A stretch of DNA of 64,000 nucleotides from Naegleria gruberi (lineage: Eukaryota): assembly GCA_000004985.1 (NCBI GenBank), contig GG738889.1, one strand, 5' to 3'. The notes under the pieces are model-generated. The model ran no database searches. It was not told the origin of the DNA and saw nothing but the letters and a program-made list of their open reading frames with translations. Of this stretch, positions 56,101-64,000 are shown piece after piece; position 1 is the first letter of the stretch; the number at the start of each line of letters is the position of its first letter. Position numbers and translations under genes: made by a program.

Positions 56101-57655
56101 GGTTCCTCTCCTATTGGATGTGAAAATTAAGGAAGATGGTTTGGAAATTATTCCACCAGAATTATTCCTCCTCATTGAAGGTTTGTATAGGAAGAAGAAT
56201 AGAAGTGCTGTCGAATCATTAATTGTTGTGATTATTGACTCAATCACTGGATTGGTTCAAGAAAGAAACGAATCATCCAACAAGAATGAAACTATAACAA
56301 TTCCTTCAAAGGATGATGTTGATGTGAAGGAAGTTACTGAATTAATGAAAAAGCTATTCGAAAGAATGCCAGATTTGCTGAGTGAGGATAAATTGAAAAG
56401 GGGTGGATTAGGAAATATCACACCATTTGTTAAGGCCATCGCCATGATGACTCCAGAAGAAATGGCTCCTAAATTAGTTTCCTTCCTCGATATAATTTCA
56501 TGGAGTTTAATGAAAGAGCCACTCCTTGAGATTATTGAAAGTAAGAAGGAGATTCCACTCTCGATGGATAACATTTGCAAAGTTGGAAATCCTTGGAACA
56601 GATGCGCTTCTGCCTTCCTCAGTTCTCCAAATGTAAAGTTAAACAAGTATAGTGAAATTGGATGGTGGGCTCTTGGATTAACTCCAATTCTCAATTTGTG
56701 GAAAGAAGCTCAACAAGAAAGATGTAAACAAAATGAAAAGAATAGACCAACAAGAGGAATAGTCGATCAGCTGAGCACTTCTGCTGAAACTATGCTCGAA
56801 TCAGCTGTAGGCCTCTCATTCATGACTGGAGATCAATCCCAGCTCTCTAATTACCTTAAGGAGACAAACATTCTTAAAGTGAGTGAAGCTAATACCAATG
56901 TGGAATTTAATTGGTACAAATTGGTGGAATGGTTACAAGTGGATTATGTTCAAACATTTGGAAAATTCATGGAAAATACACCATGGTACAGATTTCCATT
57001 TATTGAATTCTTAAGAGTTTATTTCCAAACTCTATATGAAGAATTCAAAATTATCAACTCTGAATATGGATTTGATAAATCACTCATGAGCTCTGCATTT
57101 TTCACTGATTTGATTCCAGGAGTTGCCATGACTGTTTTGATGGGACAAATGCAAGCTCTTGCCATTCCTCTCAAAATGGGCTTGGGTGAAACAGCTTCCA
57201 AAGAGGTTGTTTCTGGACAAGTTGAAACTATTCTAATCACTCTCGTTGATGATAATCCAATGACATTTGTTTCAATTGACGACAGAATTATTTTTGAAAC
57301 CATTGTTCCAGGTCTATTCCAAATCACTGTACCAACCTACAAACCATTCTCAGATATTATCATGAAATTGGCAAGACAACTTCCAGAATCCAGTAGAATT
57401 TTGGCCATTTCTCATCATGAACAGATTCAACTTAGAGTCAAAACTCCAAGCAAAGAGGAAGTTCATAAAATGGCTTCCCTTGAAGGTTGCAATGTTAAAT
57501 TCACCTTTGAATTGCCAACGGATGGCACTGAACAATATTCACCTTCAATTTATTCATCTGTCGAAGTGAAAACTATTCATTTATTACAATTTATTAGAAC
57601 ATGTAATGAGCTTTCATTTGAAATTATTCAAATTTTTGATTTCTGTTCTGTTTAA
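53192..57655 (+). CDS. large multidomain protein with an N-terminal FAD-linked oxidase (PCMH-type FAD-binding, ALO/GLO-like) fused to a class I SAM-dependent methyltransferase-like domain and a roughly 600-aa C-terminal region
   Basis: ATG start with a continuous 1487-aa ORF. Residues about 80-250 are VKRVFHVRNEQDIQRVFEYARRMNFKVSMRGTQHCMGGH...VRVGAGVRWSDL, the FAD_binding_4 pattern. The oxidase module ends with the typical ...YDPRGMF motif near residue 530. Residues about 690-860 (LDLESSSADMVTMNQGLHHIPPQHLQSFLKEVFRILRPGGIFIV) match the methyltransferase type-11 post-I/II motifs. Confidence 0.7.
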   Translation: MITRYVIGKVKERISENNKKNLEDTFARSRKQFLEEKEQAKSKSKKNDKSIVKKKEQADVSIIGSIDSALKGACFPDPDPKLNANVYVDDVARLNMTNVKRVFHVRNEQDIQRVFEYARRMNFKVSMRGTQHCMGGHTIAKDGLVIDTRKLLKMEFDSQSETVRVGAGVRWSDLIFYLNQFGMSPHTMQSYSTFSVSGTVSCNAHGITTDLCSHESVLEMRVVMWDGRIETCTPDSELFKCCIGGFGMFGFISELVLKCVPNHQIFMEMIQCKANDFLDFYERILQDPQNDINIKLARLDISNFNDINIFVFRKNSDRKTVSDLPLHPKTMSIQSQIIYKWLAPSAGSIRYSVERLTGRPADWSVVNDRNLLMYETSTPLAKLYSPLFDVNDTFILQEYFVPHSKFQEWIMSASKIIQSHPSHLKQFTLLNITIRYVKKDNCTFLPYGRHDEGSFAFVLYYRMKCTDEADRELATLHNDLVEATLKLNGIFYLPYRHHYSDEQLKKAYPMIDDFFKLKAKYDPRGMFDSLWFNRYGKQYFEKYANENSDHSIGQSTADLVGNNKEAITELIKSVETRRNDSYRKVFNNPQLRKQFYEAFLEQIFNVESKATLENVISSAMWNIKCQDDSDIYSFILQKLSKQGLVSNVLKLWRGSNQNRSQKKELLRETSSILSKIGKMGSIRDYVSIGDSGKMVLAFKECLGIDGNIHIVNDNEPSDENMGVYMERGSLKPVGKFVKLNYSCLDLESSSADMVTMNQGLHHIPPQHLQSFLKEVFRILRPGGIFIVREHDATPELKPLLDIAHSVFNAVMNVDILDERNEVRAFRSILEWRTIVESVGFLDTMIYEMEHGDPTLDEMMAFCKCSDLSQISEESTSAKSTNQSSLPPKQLKTAPEGSTSMGIALTIDALLAKVPNFVIEFFRKFVSWILGWFKKIPGLIEDLNLSSMVKPFIDQILNEYCKPIEEFLEKLVPLLLDVKIKEDGLEIIPPELFLLIEGLYRKKNRSAVESLIVVIIDSITGLVQERNESSNKNETITIPSKDDVDVKEVTELMKKLFERMPDLLSEDKLKRGGLGNITPFVKAIAMMTPEEMAPKLVSFLDIISWSLMKEPLLEIIESKKEIPLSMDNICKVGNPWNRCASAFLSSPNVKLNKYSEIGWWALGLTPILNLWKEAQQERCKQNEKNRPTRGIVDQLSTSAETMLESAVGLSFMTGDQSQLSNYLKETNILKVSEANTNVEFNWYKLVEWLQVDYVQTFGKFMENTPWYRFPFIEFLRVYFQTLYEEFKIINSEYGFDKSLMSSAFFTDLIPGVAMTVLMGQMQALAIPLKMGLGETASKEVVSGQVETILITLVDDNPMTFVSIDDRIIFETIVPGLFQITVPTYKPFSDIIMKLARQLPESSRILAISHHEQIQLRVKTPSKEEVHKMASLEGCNVKFTFELPTDGTEQYSPSIYSSVEVKTIHLLQFIRTCNELSFEIIQIFDFCSV

Positions 57656-57664
57656 AATAATGCT

Positions 57665-58896
57665 CTATATATCAATTGAATCACTAATACCCTCCGATCT
57701 AACTAAAGAGGTTGGTTTGAAATTACTTTTCAAATATGCTTGATATTGTTCACAGAATTTACGATCATTTTCTCTATCAAAATCATAATCCAATTCATTT
57801 CTCATTAATTTCAAAAAATCTAAAGGAATATAGGTAATTTTGAATTCTGCAATCTTTAAGATGGACGCGTCTGACTTCATTGAGTAGATGTGAATAAATA
57901 CCTGAGTTGGATTTGAAAGCACAGCATCCTTCTTTTTTGTAACAAATTGAATGAATACTACTTTTTTGATTACCTTTGAAGTTTTCATTGCATTCCAAAC
58001 TCTTTCTTCGTTGATATTACCAGAAGCTGGCTTACAGTGAGGATTAAAGAAAGTAAGGTGCTCACTTTTTTGCATGAAAGTGGCAAGGTTTTCATGTCCA
58101 ATAAGTGGGTAAGCAAAAACCGTATGCTTAGATTGATTCCAATTGGCATGATTTGTGTGTAGGAATGTAACAAAACACAATTTTTCAAAGGCAGATTTGA
58201 AAGTGAAATTAATAGCATTGCTGGAATCTTTGCTTTGTATCCATGTAAGCTTTTTAACATTTTCCAAAATTGCTGATTGAAATGAATGAGAATGCATAAG
58301 ATCTTGTCTTACTATAATATTCTCAAATTTAACTCCAACATTGGTCATTTCTTCTATTATTTTCATATTTGCCATGTTTGGTAACAACTCTACACCAATA
58401 GCTTTAAAAGGTGGAGTTTTACCACCATTCAATTTAAACTTTCCTTGTGATAAATCCAATATAAAATTACAATTTAACATTGCCTCTCTCATTGAAGTTG
58501 TCATTCTACAAAGAGCATTCACAAATATTGGATCCAACAATCTATTAGAAAATGCAAAATCAAATATAATTCTCATACAATCATTGCTTATTGAAAGAAA
58601 AACCAAACTATCCAAACATTCCTTTAGGTTTTTGAAAATACATATTAAGATAAGCATAGTCTTTCAAAAAATCATACCTTTGTCTTTTCGTATCTTCTCA
58701 CATTGGAAAATGAAATTCTTGTTCTGGAATCTTCTTTCAATTTATGGAGTAGAGATTGTCTTTTACTTTCCAACTCTAATATTTGTTCATCGATTTGATA
58801 AAATTGCGTTTTAATGTCCTCGATATTATCTTCATCATTATTTGTTTTTAATTCCTTGTTCGGAATGTTTGCTTCTTCTTGTAGTTTTCTTTTCAT
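57665..58896 (-). CDS. hypothetical protein with N-terminal coiled coil. Two exons at about 58896..58678 and 58621..57665.
   Basis: ATG start. A 56-bp GTATGA...CCTAAAG intron is in phase (..EKTK|ECLDSL..). The C-terminal 320 aa has no recognised family. Confidence 0.45.
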
Positions 58897-59067
58897 TTTT
58901 TATTATTAATTAAAATAATGACATGATGTTGTGAATTTCTAGAAAATAGTGGCCGTTTGTTTATACGGATAAATGATATTAATGATATCATAGTCATCAT
59001 GTGGATAATTAATTAAGAATAATTAAATATTTAATTTTTTTTATAATAATTTTGAATTTGAAAAAAA

Positions 59068-60201
59068 ATGAAGTTTGCTGTTCTTCCTTCCCCATCATCA
59101 TCCAACAATAGTGAAAGAATCGGAGAGATTACTTTTGAAGAGTATCCTGATAAAAAGTTCTCTACACCAACTTATATTGTGCAAACAAGAAAGGGATCCG
59201 TGCCTTGCATTACTTGCGACCATTTTGATGAATTAATCGGAAATTTGTTTGCTGGTTCGAATGAAAGTGTTATTTTGAATATGAATTATTGGGATTTGAT
59301 GGAAAATCCAAGTTTAGAAATTTTGACCAAATACTTGGAAAAGAACCCAACCAAGACATTGAAAAATTATCTTCATCTTGAAAAATATCCATTCTTCCAA
59401 AGTATTAGAAATGTTGAATTCCCTTACCCAACAAGTAATGCAAATGAAAAGGGAATTTATGCCGATTTGGAAAAGGGTAGATCTAAATTCACTGATGCAG
59501 AATTTTGCAATCACACATTCAACATGTTTAAACCAGATATATTTATTGGAATTCACGATACAAACATCAAATGTAAAGTTAATGACTCTTTTGGAACATC
59601 AAAACAATTAAAAAGAGCCAAGACAAGCACTGAAAAGTGGGGAGAAACCTGCATAAAGAAGAGACAAGAACTTGTTGATAAGCAACAAACAGGCATTCCA
59701 GAAATGATTTATTCAGTTTTCTATGAAAGTGAAGAAATGACCTCACTCATACCAGAAGTTTTCCAAAATAACACTGACAATATCAAGGGTATTAATTTCG
59801 ACATTGGACACATGGACGATTTGGAGAAAATTGTTAAAATTAAGGAATCATTGAAGAATCAAAAATGTGATTTGGAAAAATTAGTATTCTTCATCTCTGG
59901 AAAGGATCATCCTTTGGAAGTTTTGGAATGTGTCAGTAGAGGTGTTGATATTTTTGATGGTATTTATCCATTCACTATTGCAGAAATGGGAATGGCTAGC
60001 ATGTATCCATTAGAATTACCAAATGATAATCCAGAAAAGGTGAAAATGACTATCAATTTGAGAGATCGTAATTTTGAAAAAGATTTCACACCTTTAGAAT
60101 CAACTTGTACATGTTTTACCTGTAGAAATCATACTAGAGGCTATATTCACCATCTCCTTAACACCCACGAAATGCTTGGTGATATTCTCCTTACCATGTA
60201 A
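59068..60201 (+). CDS. QTRT2: queuine tRNA-ribosyltransferase accessory subunit 2 (QTRT2/QTRTD1)
   Basis: The TGT fold is present, and the C-terminal zinc motif CTCFTCRNHTRGYIHHLL matches the CxCxxC...H motif of QTRT2. The catalytic Asp nucleophile context of QTRT1 was not found, which is consistent with the accessory subunit. Confidence 0.75.
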   Translation: MKFAVLPSPSSSNNSERIGEITFEEYPDKKFSTPTYIVQTRKGSVPCITCDHFDELIGNLFAGSNESVILNMNYWDLMENPSLEILTKYLEKNPTKTLKNYLHLEKYPFFQSIRNVEFPYPTSNANEKGIYADLEKGRSKFTDAEFCNHTFNMFKPDIFIGIHDTNIKCKVNDSFGTSKQLKRAKTSTEKWGETCIKKRQELVDKQQTGIPEMIYSVFYESEEMTSLIPEVFQNNTDNIKGINFDIGHMDDLEKIVKIKESLKNQKCDLEKLVFFISGKDHPLEVLECVSRGVDIFDGIYPFTIAEMGMASMYPLELPNDNPEKVKMTINLRDRNFEKDFTPLESTCTCFTCRNHTRGYIHHLLNTHEMLGDILLTM

Positions 60202-60704
60202 GTAATTTTTACAATTTCTCAAATTGAAATATTAACACAACATCAAAACAGCCACAACCTTCACAGATATCTTTTATTCTTCAAGAAGATGAGAGAATCC
60301 ATTCAACAAGGTACATTCGAACAATTCAAGACAAGATTTATTCAATCAGTCTCGATCTAAGCAATCATTCATACCGAATAAATGATAAAAGATTCTTCAA
60401 GATCACAGTACGTTACTCGTGATCAAATATTGGAAGGAATCATAGCTCTTTAAATCCAATGGATAACATCATATCCATCATAACCCGACTCATTCTTTTA
60501 GCTTCTAATTCTTTTTACATTCCTTCTCTCATACGTTTTCACTTCGTATTCAATTCTACAATGGCATCCATCACAAGACTGGAGAGATGACAACTTGTAA
60601 CGTTTATTTTTGTACCTACCAAAGCAAGCCAGATAGTGGCATACAAAACACTTCAAAAAATAACGGTGTGTTGGCGTTTAAAAATAAACCCGCTCTTTGC
60701 AAAA

Positions 60705-62087
60705 ATGCCTCAAACTCCCTCTCTTTTTTCTCTCTCTGCTTCTGAAGCAATTTTTAGAAGGTTTGTAGTACCAACCGACAAATTTTTCTTATCATCATCA
60801 TCATACAATTTAATTTATTAATTAATTAATCATTGAAACCAACACTTGAACAATTTATAATAATTATTATTATGATAGTGTTGAGTGGGATAAATACAAG
60901 GAGATCGTTGAGATTGGCTCAGGTGCATACGGGCGAGTTTTCTCTGCTGTAAACCGTCAAACAAATGAATTGGTAGCTATTAAAACCATCAAACTTGCCA
61001 ATGACGAAGAAGGTATTCCAATCTCTGTCATCAGAGAAATTACTCACCTTCGTTCTTTGAAACATGATAACATTGTTGGTCTTAGAGAGGTCTTTATCAA
61101 TGATGATGGTTGTACCCTTTGTATGGTGATGGAATATGTACCACATGATCTTTCTGGCATTGTTAACGGTTTGAATAACGTATTAGATGAGGCTTTCGTT
61201 AAGTCTGTTATGCAACAATTGCTTTCAGCTCTTGCTTGTATTCATGACAGTGGATCACTCCACTGCGATTTAAAAAGTATGATTCAACTTTATACTTTTA
61301 ATTCTAACAACGTTATATTACTTATGAATTCATAACAACCAACCGAATAATAGCATCTAACGTTTTCATACACGCCAATGGACAAGTAAAGCTTGGAGAT
61401 TTTAATCTGAGCAGAAAAGTACATCCTGAAGAATTTGGAGTTGTCCAACACTTTTCCAGAAACATCATTACTTTATGGTACAGACCACCAGAACTCTTGG
61501 TCGATCAATTTGGATCAAGTCGATATGGTCCAGAAGTTGACATGTGGAGCATGGGATGTATCTTTGCAGAATTGCTTTTAAGATCACCATTGTTCCCAGG
61601 CAACACTGAAGTCGAACAATTGTTCAAAATCATACAATTATTGGGTACAGCCAATCAACGTAATTGGCCTGATGCTTCTAAACATCAAACATATAGAGAT
61701 CACTTCTCCAACAAGGTAATCCCAAACACCTTGCGCTTAAAGTTTAAGGATTTTGCTGACTACAGTCCACAAATTGTAGACCTCCTCGAAAAACTTTTGA
61801 AATTGGACCCAAGAGAACGTATCTCTGCTAGAGAAGCACTTAAACATCCATGGTTTAATCAAGCACCATTACCAAAAGACACTAGTGTTATCCTTCCATC
61901 TTATTTAACTCCTTTCAATGAAAATTGGGTAAAACAACAAATCAAATTAAGACAAGAAGAAGCCGAAAAACAAAATCCAAAAAAAAGAAAAGAATACCCA
62001 AAGGCTTCTACATCCAGTTCATGTTATAATCATCACGAACTTGAAAACTCTTACTCTTCATGCAAGAAGAAAATTAAACAATACTAA
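60705..62087 (+). CDS. cyclin-dependent-kinase-like Ser/Thr kinase with atypical catalytic motifs. Three exons at about 60705..60760, 60889..61276 and 61354..62087.
   Basis: Exon 1 is MPQTPSLFSLSASEAIFR| with a GTTTGT donor, followed by a 128-bp intron. Exon 2 is SVEWDKYKEIVEIGSGAYGRVF..VAIK..PISVIREITHL (a PSTAIRE-like helix C) ...LHCDLK|. A 77-bp intron follows. Exon 3 is TSNVFI..KLGDFNLSRK...WYRPPELL plus a CMGC insert. HRD is replaced by HCD and DFG by DFN. Confidence 0.7.
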
Positions 62088-62126
62088 GAATATGCTATGG
62101 TTTTTTTTGTATTACAATTACATTGT

Positions 62127-63075
62127 TTATTCTTTTTGAATTTCTTCTAATGGTTGTTCAGATTGTTCTTCATTGGTTGTTGATTGATTCGAAAGTGGAG
62201 GAACAGGTGGCTGACCTGAGGAGGAAGCAATCTTTCTCTTTTTCATTGGGAAAATTTCATCTAAATTGGATTGTTCTGAGATAGAGCTTGTATTCAAATC
62301 AATGTCATCTCCCTGTGTATCCCAATCCTTTTGAGTTTGTTTTCTTTTGAGCTTAGCTTGATAGAGTGTTTCTCTCTTTTCATCATTTAGGTTTTCTGGT
62401 TTGACTGCTGTCAATTCCTCAGTAAGGTTTTTGTAATTTGAGGCAAATTTTTCTCTTTTTCCTCTATTTGTTAAAGACCTTATTGACTTTTCTGTATTAT
62501 CAAATGCATCACTTTGCAGTTCTTGTACAGTATTCTCTATTTGTTTCTCAATTTCTGTGGCAATTTCTGGATTTACATTGTGTTTGTATTCGGAATTAGT
62601 TCTGAAATGTGGATATAAATTACGATGAATCCAACACTTCATTTTACGTTTGATATCATCATGACCATCAATTTTTGATAATAATTCTGTTGTTGGTGGT
62701 ATTTCCTTTGAATTTGATAATATTCCTTCTATCAAAGTGGTAACATCTTTTTGTATGGCTTCACAAAGATCCTATCATCATCAAATACTATCAAAAATTC
62801 CGATAATATCAATCAATACCTACAGATGTTTCAAATTGTTCAAATAAACGATCACACCACTGATCAAAAAGTCCCTTTCGTAATATAGAATTTTCAACTT
62901 CTTGCAAAGTAACAGGTTTTGTACTAAATGGTGCTTTCAAGTCATCAATTTCCTCCGATGTAGTGGTATATTGCTTTTGCTTTTCCGTTTCTCTGTTATA
63001 TCTTTGATAATGTTTTTCCAAAGGATTTGATGAAGATCCTTGATGACTCGGAGCCTTGTTATTGTTGTTCAGCAT
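62127..63075 (-). CDS. hypothetical protein. Two exons at about 63075..62824 and 62771..62127.
   Basis: ATG start. A 52-bp GTAGGT...GATGATAG intron is in phase (..FETS|DLCEAIQKD..). It is divergently transcribed from MED21. No family recognised. Confidence 0.45.
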
Positions 63076-63159
63076 TATTTTTAAAAATTAAAATTAAAAA
63101 AAATTGAATTATTTATTAACGAGCTAAACACATTATCTTGTAACATTTTGAACAACAAT

Positions 63160-63603
63160 ATGAGTGATAAAATAACAAGTCTTCAAGATCAACTTTCTCT
63201 CATTTCTAGGGTTATGGTTGACTCTCTGGGTGTTTTACAGAGAGATGCTCCTCCATCCATAACAGATTATCAACTTAGAAATGGATTACCAATGGTTTCC
63301 GATACAACAAAAGCTGTTTGGACACCAGAGCAATTGAGAGAACAATCTGAAGAAGCAGGAAAGAATTTAGTAGCAGCTTGTTTAGAATTTGAGAAAATGT
63401 TAGATGAACTACCAACTTTAATACGATCGGAAGAGGATCAAACAAATAGATTGAAGGATTTCCAATCACAAAATGAAAATCAAACACATTTATTGAAACA
63501 AAAAATTGATTTAGCAGAGGATTATTTGCAAATAGTATCAAATTCAATTGAGGATATTACAAATAATAGATTACAAGTAAGACATCAGAGTAAAAAGAAA
63601 TAA
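63160..63603 (+). CDS. MED21: Mediator complex subunit 21 (MED21/Srb7)
   Basis: MSDKITSLQDQLSLISRVMVDSLGVLQRDAPPS matches the MED21 N-terminus (LTQLQD...IGVLQ...PP). The protein is about 147 aa and helical. The true ATG is at 63160, with the track ORF starting at an upstream TTG. Confidence 0.7.
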   Translation: MSDKITSLQDQLSLISRVMVDSLGVLQRDAPPSITDYQLRNGLPMVSDTTKAVWTPEQLREQSEEAGKNLVAACLEFEKMLDELPTLIRSEEDQTNRLKDFQSQNENQTHLLKQKIDLAEDYLQIVSNSIEDITNNRLQVRHQSKKK

Positions 63604-63849
63604 TTTATAAGACCAATGATAATTCCAAATAGTAGTAGTAATATTACAATAATAATTTACGGATTCAAAGATTAATACTATTTCACTGTAACACAATACG
63701 GAAATGAAATTGGAAATTTTACAAAATGGCTTCTTTTGAGGTAATTGATAATACAAATGTATTTTTCACATCTTCCCGCCAAAACCCTACCGCCTTTTCC
63801 GTATTAAAAATCTCCAAAATACAATTAATAAAAACACAATACAAAAAAA

Positions 63850-64000
63850 ATGAACAAACAAGTACTCGATAATGCCCTCTTAGCTTCTGCCCAAATCATT
63901 GAAAAGAGTTTGGATGAAAAGCTGAAGGAAATGGATGAAATGACCGATGATGATTATATGATGCTTAAACAAAAACGTATGAATGCCTTGAAACAAAAGA
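63850..64000 (+). CDS. thioredoxin-domain-containing protein 9 / phosducin-like protein 3 (TXNDC9/PhLP3)-like, 5' partial at window edge
   Basis: MNKQVLDNALLASAQIIEKSLDEKLKEMDEMTDDDYMMLKQKRMNALKQK resembles the N-terminal helical region of PhLP3/TXNDC9 (..LDxxDEDELERLKEKRLxALK). Confidence 0.45.
   Translation, partial: MNKQVLDNALLASAQIIEKSLDEKLKEMDEMTDDDYMMLKQKRMNALKQK

Overview
This window is AT-rich (roughly two-thirds A+T) eukaryotic nuclear DNA, not prokaryotic. Genes are densely packed on both strands and intergenic spacers are mostly 100-500 bp. Introns are short (about 40-230 bp), with GTAAGT/GTATGT donors and (T)nAG acceptors. Several proteins carry poly-N/S/T/Q and D/E/K low-complexity tracts. 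Codon usage and intron style are compatible with a dictyostelid-like amoebozoan or a similar AT-rich protist. That taxonomic call is inference only.

About 30 protein-coding genes can be supported. The clearly recognisable ones are:
- PRMT1 (3 exons)
- MRE11 (2 exons)
- CYFIP/Sra-1/PirA (2 exons)
- a large EGF/tenascin-like transmembrane protein
- an amino-acid transporter
- a Rab-like GTPase (3 exons)
- a GCK-III/STE20 kinase (4 exons)
- cohesin SA/Scc3
- LSG1 GTPase
- a CNNM/DUF21-CBS transporter
- QTRT2
- a CDK-like kinase (3 exons)
- MED21
- a partial TXNDC9/PhLP3-like gene at the 3' window edge

Other features:
- No CRISPR array, rRNA gene or transposon ORF was found. No canonical tRNA was recognised.
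- The ORF track uses bacterial alternative starts (TTG/GTG/CTG shown as M). Several listed ORF starts are therefore not real eukaryotic ATG starts.

The most interesting observations are:
- a ChaC-PUA domain fusion
- a highly divergent CCT/TCP-1-family paralog
- a telobox (TRF-like) Myb protein next to MRE11
- CYFIP carrying a C-terminal polyproline (FH1-like) extension
- a 2.7 kb non-coding gap with clustered GTAAGT donor signals at about 95 bp periodicity on the minus strand, which may be an unannotated multi-exon, non-coding or micro-exon transcript
- a Rab with a destroyed DTAGQ motif
- palindromic E2F-type sites just upstream of the cohesin SA start
- a 1487-aa FAD-linked-oxidase plus SAM-methyltransferase fusion
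- an F-box-LRR-MATH protein

Exon junction coordinates were derived by hand and should be taken as +/-2 bp.
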